Shown here: one piece after another, positions 1 through 15,745 of the stretch
Layout: the number at the start of each line of letters is the position of its first letter
Numbering within the stretch: the stretch's first letter is position 1
Origin: the human T2T-CHM13v2.0 reference genome, Homo sapiens
Assembly (NCBI RefSeq): GCF_009914755.1
Contig: NC_060926.1
DNA length: 64,000 nt
Direction: 5' to 3' (one strand)
Notes under the pieces: generated by a model
What the model saw: only the letters and a program-made list of their open reading frames with translations
Database searches by the model: none
What the model was told of the DNA's origin: nothing
Translations under genes and position numbers: made by a program

Positions 1-1921
1 GGCTTTACATAATATTATGAGAATGTGCTGAAGACACTTAAAGCCTGCACTCCCTTGCAAGCTGAGCAATGACAACATTGTCCAAATCTTCCAACAGCAA
101 CACCCCAGTAAGCCAACAGCTACAAGTGGAACAAGACAGAGATTTCTGAGCCCTCTATTGAACTAACTGCCATCTCCAGGTTAGGTTTGCAGATTTCTAT
201 ATTTAAAAAGTAGAAAGCATCAGCAGTTGGGGGTTGAATTCTTGGTGTGTGTGCAGTTGCGTAAAAGGACTATTTTTATTTCTCGCTGCGGTATGAAGAA
301 GCTTTGATCTTGGACGACTTGCTCAAGGGCCCAGGATAATATATTGATCACTTCTGACTGTTTTCACCCAGACTCGTTTCCATAAGCTCAGTCTGTCAAC
401 AAGAAATACTTCATATATTTTCAAACTTCACTCTTCCTCAAACAGCTTATTCCTTTAAAACTTGAGGCTGTATTTGTAAAAGGGATATTTAATGAAGAAA
501 ATGTTTTGCACCTTGTCCCACTGGCTTGGGTTGAAATACGATAATGTTTCCTTTTGTATTTAAAAAACACAAACAGGATCTCATCCGGAGATATCATGAC
601 CTTAGACATTCCTGAGACGTCTGAAAGGGAAGTGAACATATGTCAGCATGCTTGGGTTTAAAATATACCAACTTCATTTCTCTCATCATTCAAATCTGCA
701 TGAGGCTCATGTGACTTTGAACAAGCTGTGCTGGAGGATTAAAGACGGGTCCTAATGAGAACCTCTCTCTTCCAGTAAAATCTAGGAATTGAAAAGCAGT
801 TACTACCTCTTCCATTTTTTTCCTAAAAAAAAAAAATAACTTTTTCTAAAATTAAAAAAAGGAGGATCCTTTTTTTTGAAAGAAAAAAAGAAGGAAAGAA
901 AGAAAGAAGAAAAAACGAGAGAAAGAAAAGAAACAAACCAAAAGGCAAAACATAACCCCTAGCAATGCCTGGAAACTTGCTCTGTGGCTAGCGATCCCTG
1001 TTAAGACTTGCTTCCCTTAAAGTTTTGGCACGGACCACAAATGATAGCCTTAAAATGCCACATGATCATCTGAATATTTTAACAATCATCCTGGACTGGA
1101 TTCATTTCAACGGCATGGAAGTGAAACAGCAACTTGCAGCTGTGGCAAAAGGCTGTGGCCTCTTTCTATTTCAAGTCATTGCAAAAGAAGGATCTCTTTC
1201 TTCAGGAGGGGACCAGCCCATGAGGGATTTGGGAAGGAGCTAAAGGACAGTGGGAAAATGGAAGCAGACCTAAAACCCAGTATTTCTGCCTGGGAAGTGT
1301 AAGTCTCTTGTGTGAATAAATTTGGTGGTGAGAAAATAAATGCTGTTTTCAGCTGTTGTAAAGCAAAATAGAATCCTAAACCAGAACTTCTGCAGTTAGC
1401 CACAGACCCCCTAGGGAAGAACTGGGATTGCCACACAAAAGCCTCAGCTTTGTCTCTATAAGCATATTTTCCTTAAACACTTAAATCCACAGGCCCTTCA
1501 GGAGCACACCACTCAGCTCAGTGGGGTCCAGTAAGTAAGACAGAAAAAGGAGAATAGATGGGAGTATGGATAGGGGGTGACAGGGGAGGAGACAGGAAAG
1601 TGACTGGAGTATGGATGAGGGGGATGGAGAAGCAGACGAGGCACACATGAAAGGGCACATGGAGGACTGCATGGGGGTGTGAAGGGCACTTACAGGAAAG
1701 CTGGACAGGGAAGTGGATAGATTATTAGAATTAACTTGGGGTAGCAAGTCATTAGGTCTGGTACATTGAGCAGGCTTTCAACAAACATTAGCTCCCTCTA
1801 CCATCTCTTCCCCTCATCAGCACTGTTTTATGCAAAAAATTTATTCCCAAGGTTGCTTTCCTTGTAACCTTGGAACCTGGTCTTGTATTTCTGAGAGCCT
1901 GTTTTTCTCACCAGAATATCA

Positions 1922-2433
<512 letters not shown>

Positions 2434-2439
2434 TCAAGG

Positions 2440-2575
2440 TACGTACTCTGTCCCCTGGGAGCTGGTCAAAATGGAGGATCTCAGGCTCCACCCAGACCTA
2501 GTGAATGAGAGTCTTCATTCTAATAAGATTCCCAGGTGATTCACGTGCACATTTTCTTTCTGAGAATCACTGTTC
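2440..2575. mobile_element. MER5-type hAT-Charlie MITE fragment
   Basis: ctcaggctccacccagacct...ataagattcccaggtgattcacgtgcaca...tgagaatcactg resembles MER5A. Confidence 0.7.
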
Positions 2576-2629
2576 TAGAGAAGGCTTAAATTACTGCCAT
2601 GCAAAACCCTCACATAAAAACACTGGATA

Positions 2630-2855
2630 GATGGAGGCAGTGTGGTCAAGTACAAAGAGCCCAGTAAGGTGCCGGGAGCTAAGCCCTCAACAAATGATAG
2701 TAGTTGTCAGGTAGGATGTTAATTCTGGTGAACTGTGTGAAAACGGATAAATCCTCCAGCCTCTGTGGGCTGTAGTACTCCACATGTACAGGGGTGAGAG
2801 TAGACTCTTAATACAATAAACTTCATGAGATTCCTTCCAGTTCTAAAATTCTAGG
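2630..2855 (+). mobile_element. MIR fragment(s)
   Basis: gaggcagtgtggtcaagt...; 3' end ccttccagttctaaaattcta. Confidence 0.55.
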
Positions 2856-3033
2856 TCAATGATTCGATTTGATAAGACTCTGTTCTGTTGCTCTCTTTAC
2901 ACTGAAGTAGTGGTTTTAATATACAGTTGTAGTATTTGATATGGCCTGGCATACAGCAGGGCTCAATAGGTATTTGTTGAATGAAGTAATACAGGGATAG
3001 TTATTCTATTTAAGCTTCAACTTAAAAAAACTG

Positions 3034-3953
<920 letters not shown>

Positions 3954-4029
3954 TAAGCCTCCACAACAATCAACCACTAACCACACCACAGTATCAGGTT
4001 TAAATGGTACTTCTGAGGGCCAGTGAGAT

Positions 4030-4135
4030 AACTTGAAATATCTGAATCAGAAACTCTGAGGGTAAGGCCTGGCATCACAGGTTTTAAAACCTCTCCAGAT
4101 GATTCTAAAAACGCAGCCATGAACATTAAGAACTA
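4030..4135. mobile_element. MER5A-like fragment
   Basis: ctgaatcagaaactctgagggtaaggcctggca...ctccagatgattcta. Confidence 0.6.
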
Positions 4136-4149
4136 GCATCAGCCAATCT

Positions 4150-4505
4150 GCTACTTAATAAATGCCAATAGCAAGGGATACAAACTCCTGTTTCCATGGG
4201 AGCTCAGGTAACCTAATGAGAGACGCGGCTGGGCGGGGGCCGTGCAGAAGCACAGAGTATACTCATCAAGGGAGGATGGCTGGGACTTAGCTCTGGCCCA
4301 TTGTGGCCACGTGGGAATTTGAGCCTGGTGGTGCCAGATCTTCCAGTTTTTCAAAAGAAGCTGTAGATCTTGATTTACTATGAAATTTCCTCAGTTTAAA
4401 ATGTCAGCAAATTATTTAAAAAAAGAAATGTAAATCCTCCACAAGTCAAACAAAACACAACTATGGCCAATCTGACCCGAATGCACTGTCAGTTTGAGCC
4501 CTCTG
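4150..4505. mobile_element. MER102-like hAT-Charlie element (opposite orientation to the copy at about 15415)
   Basis: gtgccagatcttccagtttttcaaaagaagctgtagatcttgattt core; reverse-complement similarity to 15415-15745. Confidence 0.6.
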
Positions 4506-5039
4506 GCTGACACTGCACAGCAGGCCTGGGCCTGAGCAGCACCCCAGGGAGGGTCCAGGGGAAGACCCCTTTTAAAGAAGACAAAACAAAATGCTAACGC
4601 AGGGCCATCTCTGTTTGGTAATATAGAAAGTAAAAACTGAAGAACAATCTGTACCCGTTTGACTTATCTGTTAACTCATGCCAAGCTGAAATGTTAACTA
4701 AAATGGCTGTGAGGCATGTGGTGTGTCTCCCCAGTTGTTTTCACTGTAGAAAAGATTTTTTTATATTAAGGCAGTTTTGAGAAGAGTTAATGAAATAATA
4801 TTTACAAATCTCCTCATACGAAGCTTGGCACAGAGTAAGCATTCAAAACGTAAAAGTTTCCTCAACTGAATTTTTTATATCTTAGTTAAAATTTTGGTGG
4901 AGGTCTCTCACGCACTGTTGGTAGGCAGATGGACTTTTTTAGAAAACAATCTGGCAGTGTATACCAAGACTTTTTCCATTTCCCCTTGACCAATTTATTC
5001 CACTTCTGGAAATCAAACCTAAGGCAATAACCCACAATC

Positions 5040-5082
5040 ACACACACTCATACACACACACACACACACACACACACCACAC
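5040..5082. repeat. (CA)n microsatellite
   Basis: Direct CA run. Confidence 0.9.
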
Positions 5083-5384
5083 TCATGTACAAAGATTTTT
5101 CTGAAACATCATCTACGACACTAAACAAATGGGAAACAAACTGTATGCCAGCAATGGTTAGGTAAATTTAATGAGTAATTATTCAGGTGACAAAAATATG
5201 CTACCTTCAAAAATGATGTTTTCAAAGTTTTTTTTTCTTAATTGAAAAATAGGCAAAAGTATTTTATTTTTAGAGATGCACAGGTGGTAAAACTAGGAAG
5301 AAAAGCAAAGAAATAATTATCATAAAATGTCAAGACAATGATAACTTCAGATGAATGATGGGGTATATTTTCTTTTAAATATTT

Positions 5385-6310
<926 letters not shown>

Positions 6311-6593
6311 AAAGAGTTTGAAATAATAACAAATGCTCTCATGATACTATCGAGTGAAAAAAGGAAGGAAGCTATAACTTACATATACAGTATAGCCTTG
6401 ACAAAGTTAAAAAAAAGCATAGGAAAAAAGATGAAGGAATTACATACAACTCTTAACCAATAATAGTGATTTATGGATTGTGGTAAGAATAGACTTTTAC
6501 TCTCTTCCAAATTTTGTACTTGACTAATTTTCTATGATAAGCATATAGCAGCACACAACAATGAAGGGGAAAACGGTGAAAAAATTTTAGTAG

Positions 6594-6938
<345 letters not shown>

Positions 6939-7167
6939 TGACTAGTCCATTTAGTTCACTAAGTTTACCAAAAGAAACACACATGCAATATATAAACATA
7001 CACATACACACTTATTTTTTTCCTTTTATAACCAAAGAAGGAGAAACTAGATAGCCAAATTCACTTCTGAAAAGTTTAAGCCTAATATAATACTAATTAC
7101 AACTCTTAGCCAAAGTAAATAAGCGATCTAGCTGGGACAGCTGAGCTGGAATCTGCAAGCAGCAAGG

Positions 7168-7330
7168 GTGGCAGGGCATGGGGCTCATGTCTGTAATCCC
7201 AGCTTACTTGGAAGACTCTGGTGGGAGGACTGCTTGAGCCCAGGAGTTCAAGTCCAGCATAGGCAACACAGCCAGACCTCATCTCTAAAACTAAAAAATA
7301 AATAAATAAATAAAAAACTTAAAAAAAAAA
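7168..7330 (+). mobile_element. FLAM / Alu monomer
   Basis: Single Alu arm plus (TAAA)n tail. Confidence 0.8.
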
Positions 7331-9285
7331 GTTTTTGTAATTAGCATGAGTGTCAGACTGGGTGATTCCTCTCTCATGATGCCCACTGCCATCCTTTCCA
7401 GGACAGCAGCAGATCCCTACTAGACGGCTACTCTCATTTCGTTTCTGGTCTAGGTCAGTTTAGTTTTCTTTCAGTAGTTAGTAAACTGCTTTAGACAGTA
7501 AACTGGATCAAGAAGGGAGGAGTGGAGGAAAACAGGAAGGAAAGGACTTGAAGGATTAATGAGCTGATTTCCATTAAGGCTTTGACATCCTGGAATGAAA
7601 AGCAGCCTGTAAGAGCAGAAGCCCAGTCCTTTCCTGAAGCCATGTTGCCAGCTGACCACTCATCACCAAAAATTCCCCAACAACTCCATGGCTATTGCTT
7701 AATCACCTCATATAAATCCCTATTAATCTTGCAAAGTCAAAACACAAATATAGGACAAAAGTCTTCATTTTATGTTCCCTCAATTTCAGAGTCAAAATTT
7801 AAAGACTGAATTGGTTATCCAATAGTGCCAATCAATTTTTTAAAAACTTTCTTTGAGAACAAAAGGACAAATACATATCCACTAGCATTTTTGTACTTAT
7901 GGGACTGAAGAAACTCAGGCTAATGATCAAATAAATTAGGGAAGGAAAAGGGTGTCGGTGTTAAAATTTAAGGCAACATTTTTTTCTTTGCAAAAACATT
8001 AATTTTTCATAGCTTATATTCAAAAGATACAGAAAATCCTTAGTAGACTCAAAGGAACATTTATTTTTCTTTCATGTGTAAATTACCAGGGACATAAAAA
8101 AGCCTCTTCAGTAGTTGAATTTGGAATACTCTGCACTGTAATATCTTCATGGGAAAGGCAGGTGAGAAAGTAAAGACAGGGGTCTGTTCTGAGAAGGGAC
8201 CGCTAGGACGAGAGGGGGTGTGTCTGAGCATGGAGTTAACTAGTATAGACAGACAACTCCCAGAACAAGAGGACCTCAGGGACAGGGCAGGCATGTGACA
8301 CCGAGGCTTCATCACTTATACCCAGTTCTATAATTTGCTATTTAGGAACCTCAAAGTTATCCTGTCAATGATGTGGATAATATAGAAAAACTGATACATA
8401 GCTTTGGAATGCATTGTGCTGTCTGGCAGTATGTTTTCCTTCCAAACTCTATTTCAGGCTCTGAACACATTCTGATTAACACTTGTAAAAGTGTGCTGGG
8501 GAGCAAAAGGAAGCCTGGTGTTAGGAACCATTTACAGACCACCCACAAAGCGGAAAGTTCACACTTGGATAATAGAGAGTTGACTGTACTGGAAACAGAA
8601 AAGTGGCTGTCCTACATTCTGGGCAAGGAAGGTGGAAACCCAGTAAATTGCAGTGATTCATTCCTTTGTCTTCTAGAGCTGGAAAATCATGGAGAAAAAT
8701 CAGAAGTGGGGTGGGGAGCAGAGGGAATGAGAATGGAAAGCCCAATTAGAAAACAGCAATAGGGACCACAGGACAGGTTTTAAAAGGCCAGGAGGACTTC
8801 CCTTCCTCTTAGCTGCAGAGGAAGCTGATGGCAGCTTTGTCAGCCATCTTCAGGCACTGCACAACATGAAGGTCCACTCAATGGCTGGCCTGCCGCTCCA
8901 TCTCCTCCATCTCATCCAACAAGAGGTAATGGACTCAGGAAGCCAGTGGATAATGACTTTCTACGAGATGCATGAAGGAGTAGCAAGCTAAGGGGGCAGA
9001 AACTCCTTCCTTACAGCACTTTAAGAACTAGAGTGTTAGGATACTTGGGACAGTCCTGGCTAGAAGCAGGTTTCAGAGGATAATTTCTGGACAGCTCTGA
9101 CTTCTTGATCCCCAGAAATAACAGGTAGGAAGAAGTGGCCTATTACCTGGCAAACAGCTGAGGGTACTGATGTGATATGTATCTTTGGGATGCTAAGAGC
9201 CACACAGAAGGCAAATGGTACTAGGCGTGGGTAAACACTTCATGGGTAAGCAACTCCTACTCTCTAAATAAAATGGAGAAAACAA

Positions 9286-9579
9286 GTTGGGTGCAGTGGC
9301 TCACATGCCTGTAATCCCAGCACTTTGGGAGGCCGACGCAGGTGGATCACCTGAGCTCAGGAGTTCGAGACCAGCCTGGGCAATCTGTTGAAACTCCTTC
9401 TCCACCAAAAAACCCCACAAAAATTAGCCAGGCATAGTGGCGTGTGCCTGTAGTCCCAGCTGCTCAGGGGACTGAGGCGGAGGGATCACTTCAGCCCCAG
9501 GAGGTCAAGGCTACAGTGAGCCGTGGTAGCGCCACTGCACTCTAACCTGGGTGACAGAGCATGACCCTGTCTAAAAAAA
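9286..9579 (+). mobile_element. AluJ
   Basis: Full Alu with AluJ-type right arm (gatcacttcagcccc, gtcaaggctacagtg). Confidence 0.9.
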
Positions 9580-9739
9580 GGGAGAATAGACTAACAGACT
9601 AAAAATGAGAGGCTCCCAATAACTTTACCGGCATTTCAGACACAAGATAATTTCTCCATCAATATCCCTATCCAAAGCTATTAATGTTGAGACAATAATT
9701 GAGATACACACATCCACACATTGGGAAATCCACCGCTGG

Positions 9740-10210
9740 CTCCTTCACCAAAAGGTTTCTTACAGGAGCTTTCACTGTGTGGCCTGGGCATATTTCCTGA
9801 GCCCCATTCTCTGCCACTTGTGCCTTACACTTTAGGTTCCAGAGGGCTAACTTCCTTATGGTTCTGCAAACCTACAGTGCCGTTTCATATTGCTGTGTCT
9901 CTGCCTATGCCGTTACCTAAGCCTGGAATTCCCCTACCTGTGTTGGCCACTTGGCAAAATTCTGGCTCACTCTTGATGGCCAGTTTGATGTCAGCCCTCT
10001 CTCACCCCTCTTCTGGCGTAATGCTGTACCTACTACAGACATTTGTTATAATACTTAATATACCAGATGAAAATTATTTATACACGTCTTTCTCACTTCC
10101 TGGAAGTCCCTGGAGCCAGGACTAGCTCTTTTATATTTTTGTATCCCTATATCTCCTAACACAAAGGCTAGCAGGTAGCCTGTGCTCAACAATGCTTTGT
10201 TGAATTAAAC
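9740..10210 (+). mobile_element. L2 3' fragment
   Basis: Degenerate L2 3' end (...tgtgctcaacaatgctttgttgaattaaa). Confidence 0.55.
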
Positions 10211-10389
10211 TGATTTGAGAGCCTCACACAGCCCATTACTTGACTTGCCACAGAAGGTAAGAGCCCAACAAAAGTGACCAAAAGCACACTTTTTGAAAAA
10301 TAAAAAAGAGAGGCTTCTACTTTAGACAGCCAATATACTTTTTTCTTTTTTTTTCAACTTGTTTGTTTCTCAAACTCTAAGCATCAGAA

Positions 10390-10693
10390 ATTTATTTATT
10401 TTTGAAACAAGGTCTCACTCTGTCACCCAGTCTGGAGTGCAGTGGTGCAATCACAGCTCACTAGAGCCTTAAACTCCTGGGCCCAAACCATCCTCCTGCC
10501 TTAGCCTCCCAAGTAGTTGGGACTACAGGCATGCACCACCATACCTGGCTAATTTTTGTTGTTGTCGTTGTTTTGTAGAGATGGGGTCTCGTTATGTTGT
10601 CCAGGCTGTTCTTGAACTCCTGGGCTCAAGCAATCCTTCTGCCCTAGCCTCCCAAAGTGCTGGGATTACAGACATGAACCACCACACCCGGCC
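10390..10693 (-). mobile_element. AluJ
   Basis: Alu consensus match, J-type. Confidence 0.9.
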
Positions 10694-11479
10694 AATAAAC
10701 TGACTCTTAATTAAATGCGTGTACTATGGCAGGAAAGGTAGTAACACTAACACATGCGCCTCTTCTGGAGCTACTCTGGTGGAACTTACAGAGGACCTAC
10801 GGAGGGCCTTTGCAGTTAACACTATCCTACCACCACCAGAGTCCTGCAACACAGATTTTGAACATGGCATTACAGAGAGGACTCCCTGTATATTACATGA
10901 GAAATTCCTTTTACTCCTTCATCTTTCACACAGTAAATGTTCTAAGTTCCAGGATAAACTAACAATGGCAAGGATGAAAAATATGTTTCTATTCTTTTTT
11001 GCCTTGCTTATTCAAGCTACCTTACTACCCACCTAAGAAAGGCAACTTCCATCCCCTCTTGCTATTCACACCCTATCTGTCCCTCAGTGCCTGCTCAAGC
11101 CTACAGCAATCTCTAATCTCTGAGTTGCCACGGCACCTAAGAGTCTGTACCACATGATTTAGTCAATTACTGCCTTTCATTGTTATAATATCTAACACAG
11201 GACTGGGCACGCAGCAGGTTTCAACAAAAACAAGCTGATTGGTGGGCAGACAAAAAGCCATATTACATGCCCCTCAGTCACTTAGCAGTTTTAGAAAAAT
11301 TGTCAAGAAAATATTTTTCTTTCTTTACCACAACCCAAAGTTCTAAAAGGATAAATACTCCAATAAGTTTAGAAAACTCATGCCAATGACTTTTAAAACT
11401 CCCCACAACTAGAAACAGCAATTCTCAAATGTATTCCTAACCCCTGATAACTCCTTGCTCATGTGGGATTTTAACATAC

Positions 11480-11595
11480 CTCTTGGCCAGCCAGAGTTTG
11501 GCTTTGGTACAAACAGTGATGTCAGTCAGCTCGTGCTGGAAGTCTGAATTCGTTCCGTGTTTGGAGTCTGAGTAGGCTTGCAACAAATGAAAAAC
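11480..11595 (-). CDS. THADA: Internal coding exon of THADA (thyroid adenoma-associated, ARM/HEAT-repeat protein), probably exon 30; 116 nt, phase 0 in, phase 2 out
   Basis: Minus strand reads a long pyrimidine tract ending ...ctttttttggtttag-type acceptor (AG at 11597-11596), then GTT TTT CAT TTG ... GCC AAG AG|gtatgt. Open frame VFHLLQAYSDSKHGTNSDFQHELTDITVCTKAKLWLAK(R) matches my recollection of human THADA (...LLQVFHLLQAYSDSKHG...KLWLAKRQNPC...). Exon number is from memory. Confidence 0.93.
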
Positions 11596-14484
11596 CTAAA
11601 CCAAAAAAGAAAAAAAAATCCTGCTGTGAAAATATATTTTTCCTAAATGCTCAGTTCCTCCCTTTTAAGTTTCCTTAAAATGTTCCCCTCAAAGAAAACA
11701 GACACCTGCAGAATGTAGCTCTGGTCTCTTTGCAGAAAGGCATGTTGGTTTTGGAGGATGTAGCAGTGCCGAGAAACCCAAGTCCTTAATCCATACTTTG
11801 CTATGGGTTTCTCACACAATCCCCAAAACTGATGACTGTGGCCCAACAATCATCTGCCACAAGAGTTTATTAGTTACAAACAACCTATACACTGATTTCA
11901 GCAAAGAAATGCAAACATCTTTATGTTAGCTGTCGCACATGAAAATAAAATGTGCCTTTTAAAGTCAAAGTCTTAAATTTAAAGAAAAATACATTGTTTG
12001 AGAGTCTAAACTGGTTTACATGTCTGAGTTCATTAGAACAGTCGTGGCTAAAGAAGTAGGTCAAACTAATTCTTGCCTTAGCAAATACTGGGCAGTGATG
12101 TTTGTAACTATTTAGGGTTTTTTTTGTTTTTTTTTTTTAGCAGATCTTCCCTTCGATGTCAGGAGTGAATGCAGCAATGCAGACGTGCCCCACTTATACA
12201 AGGATACTCGTGTATATGCATGTATGCACGTATGTATGTACTGGATTCAGCAATGACATCCGCAAAGCCTCTGTGAGGAGTACAAATCTATAGCAGACAA
12301 AGAATAAGGACAAGGGCATAAATGAGATCTTTTGACCTTGGCTAGTGCCAAGGAGAGAAATGCAAGTCAAGAGAAATCCTTCAGTCTCCAGCCTCCTTAT
12401 CTAAATCAAGAGGAAGAGGTGGGTGTGGCAAAGTAAGCATAGATAAACACACTAAGAACTCTGAAAGTCTATTTTAATAACATCTGTTTTCTTTCCCTAT
12501 TATATCCTTCTCTAGAGCTGTGAATGATTCTTTCTGTGTAACCAGATTCAACGTTTTCCTCTCTTTCTCTCCTATCAACAATGGGCTGACAATAGTGAAA
12601 TAATTGAGAGTTAGATACGGAAGGGGGTAATGAGAAACAGAAAAGGCCAGATAAAATCAATCCAGAGTCATCAGACCCTAAATGGGTAGACTGGCAGGTT
12701 TTACTGGGTCAGACGTCTGCAATCACCAACAACAAATACATGCCAAGCACCTTCTGTTTAGAGAATCAAAATAAATTTCTTCTAAACAGAAGTAACTGTA
12801 CAGGAGAGTGCACACAAGTCCCAATGTGGAGACTGAAAATGCTTTGTCTAATAATGGATCTGTTATTTCAGAAGCAACAGATCAAATGTCATGCCTTCAC
12901 CACACCCCCGCAGGGACCCAAACCACCCGACGTGGAGTCTGGAGCAATGGGTCTGGCTGGAGCTTCTGTTCTTATGTGGTGACTGCCAGAGGGAAAAAAT
13001 ACCTTCCTCAGCCTGAATCCCCACTGTCCTGAAAGAGCTGGCAAAGTCACTGGGCTTTGCTTTACTTTTCTCTACAGCTGCACAAAACCAACCACCAGGG
13101 CTTTTCATGGTGTCACAGGATCGCAATTAATCAGCAGACACCAGCAAAATGCATGACTTCGGAATTTACTTGTAAAGAAACCTGTGAGATTTTCAAATGC
13201 TTCTCATTTAGAAGCAATCACTTCAAAAATAACTCCTGATGGATGTTTAAACTTAGTCCTATATTTGCTCACCTTACTTGGCAAAAACAAGACTGTTTTT
13301 GAAACGCTTGGTAGCTCTGGTTTATGAAAATCAGCCTACAATTCTGTCACATTGGGTACAAACCAGACAATTGTGACCCTGGTTATTCACCAGGAATGGA
13401 GAGCGATCTATTTACACGAGACAAATGGAGAGCCAGGTACGCTGAAAAGAACTGTGGCGGAAATAAGCATGTCAAAGGGCCAGGGTCAGAGAAGTCATGG
13501 AAAAAAATGGGGCAGGGAAGGAGAGGGAGAAGAGAAGACAGGGGAAAGAGAAAGGAAAGAAAGTTTTATAAGCAATTGTATGAAACAGGTTAGTGTTTTT
13601 GAGATATTTTTCTTTAAGAAAATAAAAATATTTGAATACACAACTAACCTCATAGACATTTAGTGTGTTGGGTTCAAGAAAAATGAGACCATCCTTTGGC
13701 ATGAGGTCCAGGTATAAGGCCAGGCCCTTTGAAACTAAGATTTGATCAAGGTCAGACTCAGGAGCTCCGGCAGCTCCCAAGAAGGGCAATTTGTCCACCA
13801 GCTCTTAAAGGATGGCAAGTAGCAAGGCAACTCTTTCTTCCTCACTTTCCTAAAGTTCTGGTCCCAAAGAATTCTGAGGCTAAGAAAGCAGTCAGACCCA
13901 GGCCTGTACTGAACCAAGCACAGAGAAACCAAAGCTGCCAGAACCAAGGAGGATGATTAACTGCCAACACACATGAGAACTCAGAAGTTCAGTGTCATTT
14001 TATGTGTCCTAAATTGGCAAACATTGTCAACAAATATTTATTAAACAACTCTTATTACCAGGCACTGTCCAAGGGGCTGCAGCAGAGACCAGATAGTTCC
14101 TTGCTTTCCTGTAGCTTACATTCTAGTCATGGAGACATGAAAAATCAATAGCTTTCCTGACTCTGCCTGGTCATGATTTACAACCTGCATGGCAGCATCG
14201 TCATCACTTTTGTTTGTATGCTTGACCTCCCCCTCCAACAAGTCTGATGCACTGTAGGAATTCAACAAGCATTTGCCAAATAAAAACGATGTTGGTGTTT
14301 GGTGCTTCTTCCTATATTCACTCCTTTAGGACACATTCCCTTGGGTTTTGTGAGCTATCGTAGTGCCGACTTCTGTGTCTGGAGTGGAACGGAGAGCTGA
14401 ATCACGCCGTACTCCTCATCCCAGTGGATGCCTCATCTGATGGTGGAGGCAGGAAGGCTAGATTAGTGCTAAGAATCCAGCCTC

Positions 14485-14640
14485 ATGGGAAAGTGGAAGA
14501 GCATGGATTTTGAAGCCGGGCAGAGATAGGTGTAAACCAGTTATCAGTTTTGCGGCTTTGGGCAACTTAACCTCTGTTTCTCCATGGTAAATGGCGTATA
14601 ATAATATCTAACTTGTAGGACTGTAGAGAGATTTAAAAGA
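14485..14640 (+). mobile_element. MIR
   Basis: ctttgggcaacttaacctctgtttctccatggtaaatgg core. Confidence 0.6.
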
Positions 14641-14887
14641 ATATATATACTACTAGGCACGCACTAGGGAAGTGATAACAATGTTGATTCTTTTCCATGT
14701 TCTGTCTGCTCCCTCTCTTCCAGCCCCATTCCAAAAATAAACAGTCAGAGAAGACTTTGCAGAAAGAGTGATATGCATACGTGGCCTTAAAAACAGTCTT
14801 GCCAGAATCGAGGGAAGGGTATGCAAGCAGTGAAAACAATTAAAACACATTTTAAGGGTATTAAAATATTGGTAATGCCAACAAAAA

Positions 14888-15105
14888 GAGTGAATCTTAA
14901 ACTATGGACTTTAGTTAATAATAATGTGTAAATACTGCTTCATTAATTGTAACAAATGCACCACATAAATACAAGATATTCATAGTAGGAGAAAATTGGG
15001 GGAAAGAGGTGGGGAGGAGAAAAATATTTGGGAACTTTCTGTATTACCAGTTCAATTTTTCCCTAAATCTAATGGTTCTAAAAATAGTCTCTTAATTTTT
15101 AAAAA
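14888..15105 (+). mobile_element. L1MC/MB 3' end
   Basis: aaactatggactttagttaataataatgtg...tgggaactttctgtatta...ctaaatctaa. Confidence 0.8.
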
Positions 15106-15413
15106 TATTGGTACTACTCAGGGGACAACAAGTGGTCCTGTGTGCGCAGAGAACAGCCAGGGTGTGCACAGGGTGGTGGCAGACACAGCTGGAGAAAGGA
15201 GTCGGGTCTAGTCAGACAAAGACCTTAAAGGCAATGTCATGGAATGTGTACTTTATTCTGCAGACGGCAAAGATTTCTTCAGAGAGTGCTGTTGGGTGAT
15301 GAGATCTGTAACTTGGAGAAAAAAGCCAGGGGCAGTGTGGAGGTCATAGCAGAAGGGGTGGAATGCCCAGGACTACTGTAGTAGTCTAGACAAGAGGAGG
15401 GGAGGGTTGAAAC

Positions 15414-15745
15414 CAGCGGCTCAAAACCAATAGCCTTTGGGCCAAAAGTGGCTGCAGATGTTTTATTTAGCCCATACAGTACTTTTAAATCAACCTTTAT
15501 GAATTGGGATATTTCACATTAAAGTCATCCTGATTTCCATTTTGAAAAATTAGATCTGGCTATAGCGGCCCACCTTCCTGTAGGGCAAACAGTCACCTGG
15601 CCGGAGCTGAGCAGCAGGAGCTGGCCCCGGAGATGAGAACTGCACTCTCTAGACCACCGCTGTCACCACTATTACTATTGCCTGTTACTCTAGTCACTAA
15701 GACGGAGGGTCAATGCCATTTATCAAAGCTCTTAGGCTTTTTTGT
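15414..15745. mobile_element. MER102-like hAT-Charlie element within L2-like remnants
   Basis: gggccaaaagtggctgcagatg...gatatttcacattaaagtcatcctgattt...gatctggc...tgccatttatca. Confidence 0.6.
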
